Positions 10,148 to 19,211 of a stretch of 64,000 bases of DNA are shown piece after piece. The stretch lies in assembly GCA_024231215.1 (NCBI GenBank), contig JAAEQR010000072.1, positions 385,210 to 449,209 of the forward strand, given 5' to 3'. The notes under the pieces are model-generated. The model searched no databases, was not told where the DNA came from, and saw only the letters and a list, made by a program, of their open reading frames with translations. This stretch comes from PVC group bacterium. Its GTDB lineage: Bacteria > Omnitrophota > Gorgyraeia > B26-G9. The position numbers were made by a program, and so were the translations under genes. Within the stretch, counting starts at the first letter, position 1, and each line of letters starts with the position of its first letter.

Positions 10148-11575
10148 ATGAAGATGCATAAGATAACTAAACTTATTCCACCAAAAAGAGTACATTTTAT
10201 TGGTATTGGTGGAGTGGGAATGAGCGCTTTGGCGCAGATCTTAGTGACGCAAGGTTATCATGTAAGTGGTTCTGACCTTAAGAGAACTAAAATTACCAGT
10301 CGATTAGAAGCATTGGGAGCAAAAATTTTTTATACTCATTGTGCCGAGAATGTTTCTGATGCAGAATTAATTGTTTATTCTTCGTGTATCTCCAATACTA
10401 ATCCGGAAATTATTCTTGCAAAAGAAAAAGGAATTTTTCTGGTTAGACGCGCGGAATTGCTTGCCTGGTTAATGGATACTAAAATTGGTATAGCGATTAG
10501 CGGGGCACATGGTAAGACAACAACTACGGCTTTTATCGCATATATACTTAAAAAAAGCGGTTTATGTCCAAGTTATGCGGTGGGTGCTGATGTTGAAGTT
10601 TTATCCGGGAATGCTGAGAATGGAAGTGGAAGATACTTTGTGGCTGAAGCAGATGAAAGTGACGGATCTTTTTTATGTATTTATCCGGAAATTGCGGTTA
10701 TTACTAATATTGATAAGGAACATCTTGATTATTATGAAAACCTAGACCATATTATCTCCAGTTATGGTCAATTTGCTCACAATGTAAGTCCTACCGGTTT
10801 AATCTGTTGTTACGGTGAAGATGAAAGAATACGCAAAGCATTAGAAGGATACACAGGAAGAATTATTACCTATGGGTTAAGTAATAAGTGCGATGTTTAT
10901 GCGCAGGATATCCTGTATCAGGAAATGGACACAGAGTTTGTTTGTTCTTATCAGGGTAAGGAGATTGGTGTATTTAAATTACAGATTCCCGGTGCACATA
11001 ATGTGTTAAATGCATTAGCTTCTATTGTGGTTGGTCTGGAAGTAGGATTGACCCCGGATTCTATCAGGCAGGCATTGGCTGAGTTTCACGGCGTAAACCG
11101 TAGGTTTCAAATCAGATACAGGATCGGAAAGATTACAATAATTGATGATTATGCGCATCATCCGACAGAGATAACGGCAACTTTAAAAGCAGCCCAAGGT
11201 ATGAATAAATCACGGATTATTGGTGTTTTTCAGCCGCATCGTTACAGCCGAACTAAGTTTTTGAAAGAAGAATTTGGAAGCTGTTTTTCTTTAGCTGATC
11301 AGGTGATCATCACAGATATTTATGCTGCATGTGAGACTCCGATCGATGGTGTTGCCGCAAAAACTATATATGAACAGGTGAGAAAAAACGGGCATGAAAA
11401 TGTACAGCTTATACCGAGAGATAAAATAAATAAGCATCTTGCAGCTATTGCTAAAGAAGGGGATATTTTGATGCTGCTGGGTGCTGGAGATATTAATGCA
11501 TTATCTGATGATTTAGCGCAAAAAATATCAGAAATAAATTCGGGGAAAAAAGATGAACACCATATACAATGCTGA
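10148..11575 (+). CDS. murC: UDP-MurNAc:L-Ala ligase MurC
   Basis: GIGGVGMS, GAHGKTTT, EADESD, DDYAHHPTE, FQPHRYSR. Confidence 0.97.
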   Translation: MKMHKITKLIPPKRVHFIGIGGVGMSALAQILVTQGYHVSGSDLKRTKITSRLEALGAKIFYTHCAENVSDAELIVYSSCISNTNPEIILAKEKGIFLVRRAELLAWLMDTKIGIAISGAHGKTTTTAFIAYILKKSGLCPSYAVGADVEVLSGNAENGSGRYFVAEADESDGSFLCIYPEIAVITNIDKEHLDYYENLDHIISSYGQFAHNVSPTGLICCYGEDERIRKALEGYTGRIITYGLSNKCDVYAQDILYQEMDTEFVCSYQGKEIGVFKLQIPGAHNVLNALASIVVGLEVGLTPDSIRQALAEFHGVNRRFQIRYRIGKITIIDDYAHHPTEITATLKAAQGMNKSRIIGVFQPHRYSRTKFLKEEFGSCFSLADQVIITDIYAACETPIDGVAAKTIYEQVRKNGHENVQLIPRDKINKHLAAIAKEGDILMLLGAGDINALSDDLAQKISEINSGKKDEHHIQC

Positions 11576-12509
11576 GTTAGATCAAAAAATAAAGCAGTTT
11601 TTCAAAGGAGCAGTTAAAGTTAGTGAACCTTTGGCTGCGTATACTTCTTTAAAAATAGGCGGTAGAGCAGAACTTTTTTTTAGTCCGGTTGATGTGGAGG
11701 ATATATCTGCATTATTGAAAATATTAGGTTCAACTGATTTGCGTATAGATGTTATCGGTGCCGGGACTAATTTGCTTATTGATGATGCTGATTTGCCGGC
11801 TGCAGTTATTAAATTAGACAATCCGTCATTTAAAAATATTTCCTTAGATGATGACCGTGTTTATGCCGGGGCTGGAGCTGCTTTGGGCTCTTTGATTGAA
11901 TTCTCGAAGCAAAATGGGCTTACCGGATGTGAATTTCTTGTTGGTATACCCGGAACGGTAGGCGGAGCTTTGGTTATGAACGCAGGAGTGCGGAATGTTT
12001 GGGATGTTGAGGATAAACCGTATTTAAGTATGAGCGATATTATTGAACAAGTTCAGGTTATGGATCAGGATGGGAACATACGGATATATTCTCATGACCA
12101 GCTAAAGTTTGAATATCGTTCTTCAAATCTAAAAGGATGTATTGTTTTAGGAGGATGGTTTTCACTTCGTTCGGAACAGCCAGGGGAAATTCAACAGACA
12201 ATAGATGCTTTTTGGAGGCTGAGGAAAAAAACGCAAGCGGTGACTATGCCCAATGCCGGATGTGTATTTAAAAATCCGGATGGTTCTCACTTCAGCGCAG
12301 GAGAGTTGATTGAAGATTGTAGTTTAAAAGGTATGGTTTTTGGTAATGTACAGGTTTCTCCGGTACATGCTAATTATATTGTAAATAAAGGTGGGGCAGG
12401 TTTTGGGGAGATGAAAGAACTAATCATGAAAGTACAGCAGGCAGTTTGGCAGAAATTCAAAATTGAACTTGAACCGGAAATAGAGATTTGGGAAGGTAGT
12501 TACAGGTAA
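11553..12509 (+). CDS. murB: UDP-N-acetylenolpyruvoylglucosamine reductase MurB
   Basis: GAGTNLL, GIPGTVGGALVMNAG, YRSS, GCVFKNP, HANYIVN, LEPEI. Confidence 0.95.
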   Translation: MNTIYNAELDQKIKQFFKGAVKVSEPLAAYTSLKIGGRAELFFSPVDVEDISALLKILGSTDLRIDVIGAGTNLLIDDADLPAAVIKLDNPSFKNISLDDDRVYAGAGAALGSLIEFSKQNGLTGCEFLVGIPGTVGGALVMNAGVRNVWDVEDKPYLSMSDIIEQVQVMDQDGNIRIYSHDQLKFEYRSSNLKGCIVLGGWFSLRSEQPGEIQQTIDAFWRLRKKTQAVTMPNAGCVFKNPDGSHFSAGELIEDCSLKGMVFGNVQVSPVHANYIVNKGGAGFGEMKELIMKVQQAVWQKFKIELEPEIEIWEGSYR

Positions 12510-12516
12510 AGCAGTT

Positions 12517-13446
12517 ATGGAAGTTAAAAAAATCGGTGTTTTAATGGGCGGATTTTCCAGCGAGCGAGAGATTTCTTTAAAATCTGGTAAGGCTGTCTTA
12601 GGTGCTTTGCAAGAACTGGGATATTATACCACAATTTTAGATTTCGAGTCTGAATCTGATCTAATAGATAAAATTCAGAAAAGCGATATAGATTGTGTGT
12701 TTAATGCTTTGCACGGAGCTTTTGGCGAAGACGGACAAGTGCAAAAGATTTTGGAAGATCTGAATGTGCCGTATACTGGATCCGGACCCAGAGCAAGTGA
12801 GCTGGCAATGGATAAGGTAGCTTCCCGAAATATTTTTCTGGATAACAATATCCCTGTGCCTGAGGGAGGAATTATCGATAGTGAAAATAATATTGATAAT
12901 TTGTCGGTATCTTCTTTTCCAGTTGTGATCAAGCCTTCACGGGAAGGATCGAGTATTGGATTATCTATTGTAGAAGATAAATCAACCTTAGCTATAGCAA
13001 TAAAAAAAGCCTTGGAATTTGATCAGCAGGTAATGATTGAATGTTATATTGAAGGCAGAGAAATAGCAGTTGGTATTTTGGACGGTAACCCGCTGCCGGT
13101 TATAGAAATTGTTCCTAAAAATAGATATTATGATTTTGAAGCAAAATATACCGAAGGAATGACAGAGTATCTTGTTCCGGCAGTTTTGCCGGAAACTATA
13201 TATCTACATGCGCAAGCGTTAGCTTTAAAAGCGCATCAACTTTTAGGATGTCGCGGGTTTTCGCGTGTAGATATGATTGTGGATAAAAAAGGCACTCCGG
13301 TAGTTTTGGAAGTGAATACTATTCCTGGGCTTACTTCTACTAGTTTGCTGCCGAAGGCAGCGTTAGCTTGTGGAATTAGTTTTCCTGAGTTGTGTCGAAA
13401 AATGATTACCGGGGCAGTTTGTGTAGATACGGTAGATAGCAGATAA
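12517..13446 (+). CDS. ddl: D-alanine-D-alanine ligase
   Basis: GGFSSEREIS, HGAFGEDG, GSSIG, YDFEAKY, EVNTIPG. Confidence 0.96.
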   Translation: MEVKKIGVLMGGFSSEREISLKSGKAVLGALQELGYYTTILDFESESDLIDKIQKSDIDCVFNALHGAFGEDGQVQKILEDLNVPYTGSGPRASELAMDKVASRNIFLDNNIPVPEGGIIDSENNIDNLSVSSFPVVIKPSREGSSIGLSIVEDKSTLAIAIKKALEFDQQVMIECYIEGREIAVGILDGNPLPVIEIVPKNRYYDFEAKYTEGMTEYLVPAVLPETIYLHAQALALKAHQLLGCRGFSRVDMIVDKKGTPVVLEVNTIPGLTSTSLLPKAALACGISFPELCRKMITGAVCVDTVDSR

Positions 13447-13466
13447 TATACGAAAGGATTTGTGAT

Positions 13467-14312
13467 ATGGGGCGGTCAAGGAAAAAAAATAGAAGGAGTC
13501 GATCAAGAAAAGGAATACGTTTGTTTAATGTGAAGCAGGTTAAAATGGCTGTACAGCAGAATGGATCACGTATTTTGCTGGGGATTGCAGCGATTGCTGT
13601 ATCTGTGTATTTCATCATGAGCATGAATTCATTTCTTTTTGCTTCGGAATATTTTAAAGTGACGGAAATCGAAGTAATCGATAAATATCAGGATGAAATA
13701 GAATATCCGATAGCTAGAATAAAAGATAACCCTAATATTTTCAAAGTAAACCTGGACAAGATTTCTAAAAATCTGGAAAGGGAATATTCAAATATCCAAA
13801 AAGCAATTGTAAAAAGAATACTTCCGAATAAGCTAAAGATCGAGATTTTGCGGCGGAGTCCGGTTGCACAGATAGCATTATCCGCAGAAAATGGCAAGAA
13901 AAAGTTCTATTTTTTTAGTGTGAATGACGATTCCTATATTTTAGCTAATTTAGGAGTGCGTCCAAAAAGGAAGCTACCAATTATTTATGGGACAGAGTTA
14001 AATGTCAACGATATTGAAGTCGGGCGTTCTTATGAGGACTCAAATTTAGGACGTGCTGTTTCGCTTATTAATGAACTAAAAAGTACTGGATTTTTGAAAC
14101 GGTATAAAATTACCAAATTGGATGTAACCAATGTGAGGAGCATGTCATTTTTTATAAAAAACAGATTAGAGGTTAAGATCGGAGATCGTGACTGGCGCAG
14201 AAGAATAGCCAATCTTACAAGTATATTACAGAATATGGATATATCCGAACATGAATATATTGATCTGAGATTTAAAGAGATAGTTTTCGGAAAGAAGAAT
14301 GATGAAAAGTAA
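13467..14312 (+). CDS. ftsQ: Cell division protein FtsQ/DivIB
   Basis: Basic N-tail, single TM, POTRA-like region (VKRILPNKLKI), C-terminal YIDLRF; between ddl and ftsA. Confidence 0.85.
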   Translation: MGRSRKKNRRSRSRKGIRLFNVKQVKMAVQQNGSRILLGIAAIAVSVYFIMSMNSFLFASEYFKVTEIEVIDKYQDEIEYPIARIKDNPNIFKVNLDKISKNLEREYSNIQKAIVKRILPNKLKIEILRRSPVAQIALSAENGKKKFYFFSVNDDSYILANLGVRPKRKLPIIYGTELNVNDIEVGRSYEDSNLGRAVSLINELKSTGFLKRYKITKLDVTNVRSMSFFIKNRLEVKIGDRDWRRRIANLTSILQNMDISEHEYIDLRFKEIVFGKKNDEK

Positions 14313-15585
14313 ATTGCCTTTAGTTAGTCTAGATATCGGTAGTGCCAAAACTACGATTTGCATCGGAAATTTTGATACTGCAGGCCGGGTGGAAATATAT
14401 AATGCGATAATGGTTAAAACACGAGGTATGCAGCGTGGTATTATTACAAACTTATCTGAGGTGGCAGAGGGAATTGAAGAGGCTGTAAAAAAGGCAGAGG
14501 CGAAATTCCAGGCTTCAGAGCGATGCCGTAAGATTTGGGGAAAAAGACAATTTCGCATAAATTCTGCATATGTTACGATTAGCGGAGAACATATTTTGGG
14601 TATTAATACAAAGACGAAACTTTCTTTGTCCGATCGACCGGTTGAGATTACAAACCAGGATTCATTGCGTGCGATAGAGATGGCAAAATCTTTGTCTGCG
14701 TCGATAGATAGAGAGATTTTGCATGCAGATGCCCAGGAGTTTATCATCGATGGTTATAAAAAAATAAAAGAACCGTTGGGGATTTACGGAACAAAACTGG
14801 GGGTTACCCTGCATCTTATAAGTTGTGGGTCGTCTTTTATTAATAGTTTGGTAAAGGCAGTTAATCAGGCCGGGCTTGATGTTGACGGAGTAGTGTATTC
14901 TGGATTAGCTACCAGCCAGGCAATACTTACAGAAGAAGAGAAGGAGGCTGGGGTAATTTTGTTGGAAATGGGGGCTGGGACAACGAATATCATGTTTTTT
15001 GTTGAAGGTCGTCTTTTTTATACAAGTACTATTCCTATGGGAGGCTATGATATAACCTTAGAAATTGCCAGGCAGATGAAAATTGATTTTTACCAGGCAG
15101 AACAATTAAAAATGCAGTATAAAAGTATATGCGTTTATCCGGATGGACAAACTGAGGGTTGTGATGATAAAATAATAATAAAAAAGAGTTCTTCTCAATA
15201 TGAGAGTATTAGTCGTCAAGAGTTGGCGGGGATTATTGATGCTAAAGTTAGAGAGCTGTTTTCAATGCTTAAGAAAGAAATTGAGTCCTCTGGTATTATA
15301 CCGAGAGTAGGATATGGTGTAGTTATTTGTGGAGGTGTTTCATTTATGGATGGGGTTATTGAAAAATTAGAAAGACAGTTAAATCTGCCGATTCATCTGG
15401 GCATTACACGTGGATTTGTTAGCAGTTTTTCCGGATTAGGTAACAGTTTTTATGCTACCGGTATCGGATTGATCATGCATGCGTTAGCGGAAAAAGGCAA
15501 GAAATACAAGAGCCGTAATTTGCAAAGGGGAGTTGTAGCCCAGTTAGTGTCTAAAGTTAAGAACATTTATGAAGAGTATTTTTAA
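14299..15585 (+). CDS. ftsA: Cell division protein FtsA
   Basis: LDIGSAK actin-fold motif, EMGAGTT, AEQLK, ATGIGL, C-terminal amphipathic helix ending EEYF. Confidence 0.93.
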   Translation: MMKSKLPLVSLDIGSAKTTICIGNFDTAGRVEIYNAIMVKTRGMQRGIITNLSEVAEGIEEAVKKAEAKFQASERCRKIWGKRQFRINSAYVTISGEHILGINTKTKLSLSDRPVEITNQDSLRAIEMAKSLSASIDREILHADAQEFIIDGYKKIKEPLGIYGTKLGVTLHLISCGSSFINSLVKAVNQAGLDVDGVVYSGLATSQAILTEEEKEAGVILLEMGAGTTNIMFFVEGRLFYTSTIPMGGYDITLEIARQMKIDFYQAEQLKMQYKSICVYPDGQTEGCDDKIIIKKSSSQYESISRQELAGIIDAKVRELFSMLKKEIESSGIIPRVGYGVVICGGVSFMDGVIEKLERQLNLPIHLGITRGFVSSFSGLGNSFYATGIGLIMHALAEKGKKYKSRNLQRGVVAQLVSKVKNIYEEYF

Positions 15586-15586
15586 A

Positions 15587-15687
15587 AAACCCAGGCATAC
15601 CCACTGGGTACGTCGAGGCTTTTTGCAGCTGTTTTAAGCCAAAAAGATTAGTGCTATTCGCTGTGGACTAATGCAAATTCTGGGTTT
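15587..15687. repeat. Structured palindromic element (MITE/REP-like): terminal inverted repeats AAACCCAG...CTGGGTTT enclosing three hairpins
   Basis: Stems read directly: 15587-15594/15680-15687; TACCC/GGGTA 15598-15610; CTTTTTG/CAAAAAG 15619-15646; ATTAGT/ACTAAT 15647-15672. Confidence 0.6.
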
Positions 15688-15711
15688 AAACGGGAAAATA
15701 AGGGGAGTTAT

Positions 15712-16662
15712 ATGAAAGAAGAGGCTTGTATTCTAATTATCGATGATGAATCGAGTATGCTGAATGAATTTGAAAATGTTTTTACTAAAGAAGGCTATCA
15801 GGTAAGAAAAGCACAAACTTGGCCGGAGGCGTATGAGTATCTGAAGAACCAGAAGTTTAATGTCGTAATTACAGATGTTGATATGCCGGATGTGGATTAT
15901 CAGCAAGCGATTAAGGAGATTAAAAGTGCAGATAAAACCACATATGTAATCACTAGTGCCGGATACTCAGAAATTGACAAAGCTATGGAGTCTTTAAACC
16001 ATGGGGCGCAGAATTATATTAGTAAACCTTTTGATCCAATTGATATAATTGCTTCTATTCGCAGGGTTATTGAAAAACAAAAACTGCAGAGTGATAATGT
16101 TCAACTATTTGATACGATCAAAGCCCTGGCTTTAGCTTTGGATGCACGGGATCATTATACTCATGGGCATTCGCAGGAGGTAACTGATTATGCAGTTGCT
16201 ATTGCTGGCGATATGGATTTAGCTTTGGAGGATATTGAAAGAATTCGCGATGCCGGAATGTTGCATGATATCGGAAAGATTGGTATCCGGGATGAAGTAT
16301 TACTTAAGCCGGGCCGGCTTACAGAGGAAGAATATACACAGATAAAAAAACATCCGGAAATCGGTAGAAAAATCCTGGAACCGGTACGTTCTTTAGCGGA
16401 TAAGATTCCTTTAATTTATCATCACCATGAGCGTTTTGACGGGCATGGGTATCCTGAAGGATTAGCCGGGGACAATATTCCTTTGGGAGCAAGGATACTT
16501 TCAGTAGCAGATGCGTATCAGGCGATGACTTCAGATCGTCCTTATCGGAAAGCATTACCTCAAGAAGTTGCGATTAGTGAGTTAAATAAAGGTCGGGATA
16601 AACAATTTGATTCACGAATAGTGGATATATTTATAGATGTCTTGAAAAAAAATAAGGTCTAG
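15712..16662 (+). CDS. Response regulator with HD-GYP cyclic-dinucleotide phosphodiesterase domain
   Basis: REC (IIDDE, TDVDMP, KPF) plus YTHGHS, HDIGK, HHERFDGHGYP, DRPYR; SD AGGGGAG. Confidence 0.92.
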   Translation: MKEEACILIIDDESSMLNEFENVFTKEGYQVRKAQTWPEAYEYLKNQKFNVVITDVDMPDVDYQQAIKEIKSADKTTYVITSAGYSEIDKAMESLNHGAQNYISKPFDPIDIIASIRRVIEKQKLQSDNVQLFDTIKALALALDARDHYTHGHSQEVTDYAVAIAGDMDLALEDIERIRDAGMLHDIGKIGIRDEVLLKPGRLTEEEYTQIKKHPEIGRKILEPVRSLADKIPLIYHHHERFDGHGYPEGLAGDNIPLGARILSVADAYQAMTSDRPYRKALPQEVAISELNKGRDKQFDSRIVDIFIDVLKKNKV

Positions 16663-16685
16663 CCGGGTAAAGGAGCAAGGATAAT

Positions 16686-17783
16686 ATGGAAATAGATTTA
16701 ATTGCGGTTTTAAAAGCAATGGTAACTAAAGGAGCGTCCGATGCGCATTTAAAAGTGGATAGGCCGCCGGTTTTTCGAATAAAAAAGGATTTGATTAGTT
16801 CTGATTTTCCTGTTTTATCAAATAAAGATATCGAAAAGATTGCTTATTTTATGATGCGGGAACGTCATCGTCGGGAGTTTGAAAGAAAAAATGAGATAGA
16901 TTTTTCATACCAATTACCGGATGTAGGCCGATTTCGCGTAAATGTATTTCGCCAGCGAGGTGATGTCGGTATTGTTATGCGTGTTGTAAAAAATAAAATC
17001 CCTTCGGTTCAGGAGTTATGTATTCCACCGATATTTCAGAATATAGCGATGTATGAACGTGGGATTATCATAGTTACCGGTGCTAGCTCTATGGGTAAAT
17101 CTACAACTCTTGCGGCGATGATCGATCACATTAATAGAAGCAAGAGATCTCATATTATTACCATTGAAGATCCGATTGAATATGTGCATGAAGATAAACA
17201 GTCTATTATCAATCAGCGGGAAGTAGGGTTGGATACTGAATCTTTTCACCAGGCGTTGCGTTATGTTATTCGGCAGGATCCGGATGTGATTTTGATTGGA
17301 GAAATGAGAGATGCAGAGACTTTTCAGACAGCGTTAGCTGCTTCGGAGACGGGTCATTTGGTTTTTAGTACTCTCCATGCGGCAGATACTTCTCAGGTTG
17401 TAGATAGAATCATGGATTTCTTTCCGGCTGAGCAACATGCTATGGTAAGAATGCAGTTGTCGTTTAACCTAAAAGCAGTTACTTGTCAACGACTTATGCC
17501 GCGAGCTGATGGAGAAGGAGTTATCCCGGCGGTTGAAATCATGCTGATCAATCCCACAATAATGAAGCTTTTGCGTGAGAATAAGACGGAAAAACTAGAA
17601 AGTACGATCAGGGCATTTTCAGAAGCAGGGATGATAACATTTAATCAGTCTCTGGTGAGTTTAGTTAAATCTGAATTGATTACTTTGGAATCTGCGATGG
17701 CAAACTCCAGTAACCCCGAAGCATTAAAAATGAATCTTAAAGGTATTTATCTGGATGAAGACCGCAGGATTTTAGGTGAGTAA
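16686..17783 (+). CDS. Type IV pilus retraction ATPase, PilT/PilU family
   Basis: ASDAHL, RFRVNVF, Walker A GASSMGKST, TIEDPIE, RQDPDVILIGEMRD, STLHA; lacks the AIRNLIRE motif of canonical PilT. Confidence 0.9.
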   Translation: MEIDLIAVLKAMVTKGASDAHLKVDRPPVFRIKKDLISSDFPVLSNKDIEKIAYFMMRERHRREFERKNEIDFSYQLPDVGRFRVNVFRQRGDVGIVMRVVKNKIPSVQELCIPPIFQNIAMYERGIIIVTGASSMGKSTTLAAMIDHINRSKRSHIITIEDPIEYVHEDKQSIINQREVGLDTESFHQALRYVIRQDPDVILIGEMRDAETFQTALAASETGHLVFSTLHAADTSQVVDRIMDFFPAEQHAMVRMQLSFNLKAVTCQRLMPRADGEGVIPAVEIMLINPTIMKLLRENKTEKLESTIRAFSEAGMITFNQSLVSLVKSELITLESAMANSSNPEALKMNLKGIYLDEDRRILGE

Positions 17784-19170
17784 TTATAGCTCTTTTCTCA
17801 TCAGCAAGGAAATAAATACAGTTCCACTCAAAAAGAATGCACGTTTTAAAATTGCTTTGATATATCCGAATACTTATCGGGTGGGAATGAGCAATTTAGG
17901 TTTTCATTCTGTATACTATCAATTAAATCAGCATGAAGATGCTTTGTGCGAGCGGTTTTTTTATGAACCTGCCAAACGGCAGCTATTATCTTTAGGTAAT
18001 AGTACCTCTTTAAAATCATTTGATATCATTGCATTTTCCATATCCTATGAGCTGGATTATTTAAGTTTTTTTAATATTCTTGAGAGTATTGAGTTATTGA
18101 CCCCAAACGGCCAGCGTCCGGTAATGCCGCTTATTATCGTGGGTGGGATTGTAACTTCTTTTAATGCTTTAGCGCTATCTAAATTTTCTGATGTAGTATT
18201 TACCGGAGAAGCAGAGGAATCATTGCAGGATTTCATGCAAATACTTGCGTCTTATTCGCAGATTGATTCACAAAAGAAAAAACAAAAACTATTAATTGAA
18301 CTAGCGGAAATTAAAGGAATTTTTGTTCCCGAGTATTCTAATCCGGATAGAACCGAAGTTAGCTTTGTTAAAGATGTGAATTTATATCCTACTTCGACCC
18401 GGATATTCACAGCGCGTACAGAATTCCCGAACACATTTTTAACTGAAGTTTCACGCGGTTGTCCCTGGCATTGTCGTTTTTGTGCAACCGGATCGGTTTA
18501 TAATAGGTTTAGGCCGAGAAAACTGGATGTTTTAACTTCGGAAATTGATTTTGGATTGCGTTATACATTGAAGGTGGGCTTGGTTGGAGCAGCAATATCG
18601 GATTATCCTGATATAGAGCAATTGGTTGAATGGTTGATGCGAAAAAATGCGCGGATATCGGTTTCCAGTTTGCGGATTGAAAGCGTAAATCCGGTTTTAC
18701 TACGTGCTTTAGCTGATACTGGACAGAGGACAGTTACTTTTGCTCCGGAGGCTGGTTCTGAAAGATTGCGTGGTTATTTGAATAAAAAAATTAGTAATGC
18801 GGAGATCCTGGAAAAGATTGAATTAGCAAAGAAATGCGGGATTAAAAAGGTTAAGCTTTATTTTATGATTGGATTGCCTACAGAAGAAGATAATGATGTG
18901 GAGGCAATTGTTGAACTGGCAAAACATGCGGTAGGGATATTACCGATTAAAGTTCATATCGGGATTTTTGTACCAAAACCGAAGACATCTTTTTCTCGAG
19001 AAAAGATTGCGGGTAAAAAAATACTTTTGTCCAAGATTCGTTATTTAAGACAACATTTAGCGGCTAAAAAAAGCATTGAATTTAACGCTAGAAAAGTAAA
19101 AGAGGCTGTGCAGGAAGCTTTGTTTTCAACTGCGGATGAACATTTTTTTAAGGAATTTTTGCGCCTTTAG
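17776..19170 (+). CDS. Radical SAM protein with B12-binding-like N-terminal domain
   Basis: YPNTYRVGMSNLG N-terminus, CPWHCRFC (CxxxCxxC), APEAGSERLR, YFMIGLPTE. Confidence 0.88.
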   Translation: MSNYSSFLISKEINTVPLKKNARFKIALIYPNTYRVGMSNLGFHSVYYQLNQHEDALCERFFYEPAKRQLLSLGNSTSLKSFDIIAFSISYELDYLSFFNILESIELLTPNGQRPVMPLIIVGGIVTSFNALALSKFSDVVFTGEAEESLQDFMQILASYSQIDSQKKKQKLLIELAEIKGIFVPEYSNPDRTEVSFVKDVNLYPTSTRIFTARTEFPNTFLTEVSRGCPWHCRFCATGSVYNRFRPRKLDVLTSEIDFGLRYTLKVGLVGAAISDYPDIEQLVEWLMRKNARISVSSLRIESVNPVLLRALADTGQRTVTFAPEAGSERLRGYLNKKISNAEILEKIELAKKCGIKKVKLYFMIGLPTEEDNDVEAIVELAKHAVGILPIKVHIGIFVPKPKTSFSREKIAGKKILLSKIRYLRQHLAAKKSIEFNARKVKEAVQEALFSTADEHFFKEFLRL

Positions 19171-19187
19171 CAAAATCGAGGTATAAT
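19159..19187 (+). promoter_or_regulatory. Putative sigma70 promoter for the kinase/diguanylate cyclase genes
   Basis: TTGCGC-17 bp-TATAAT ending 24 bp upstream of ATG 19212. Confidence 0.55.
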
Positions 19188-19211
19188 TAATATAGAAATT
19201 AATAAATTAAA

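Noticed and set aside
14226-14747. 173-aa minus-strand ORF at the ftsQ/ftsA junction, checked as a possible hidden division gene
   Set aside because: Antisense to well-supported genes; no FtsZ or other motif
15586-15711. c-di-GMP-I/II riboswitch upstream of the HD-GYP gene
   Set aside because: Lacks the GNRA tetraloop/receptor and conserved GEMM or kink-turn nucleotides on either strand; kept only as an unclassified structured element
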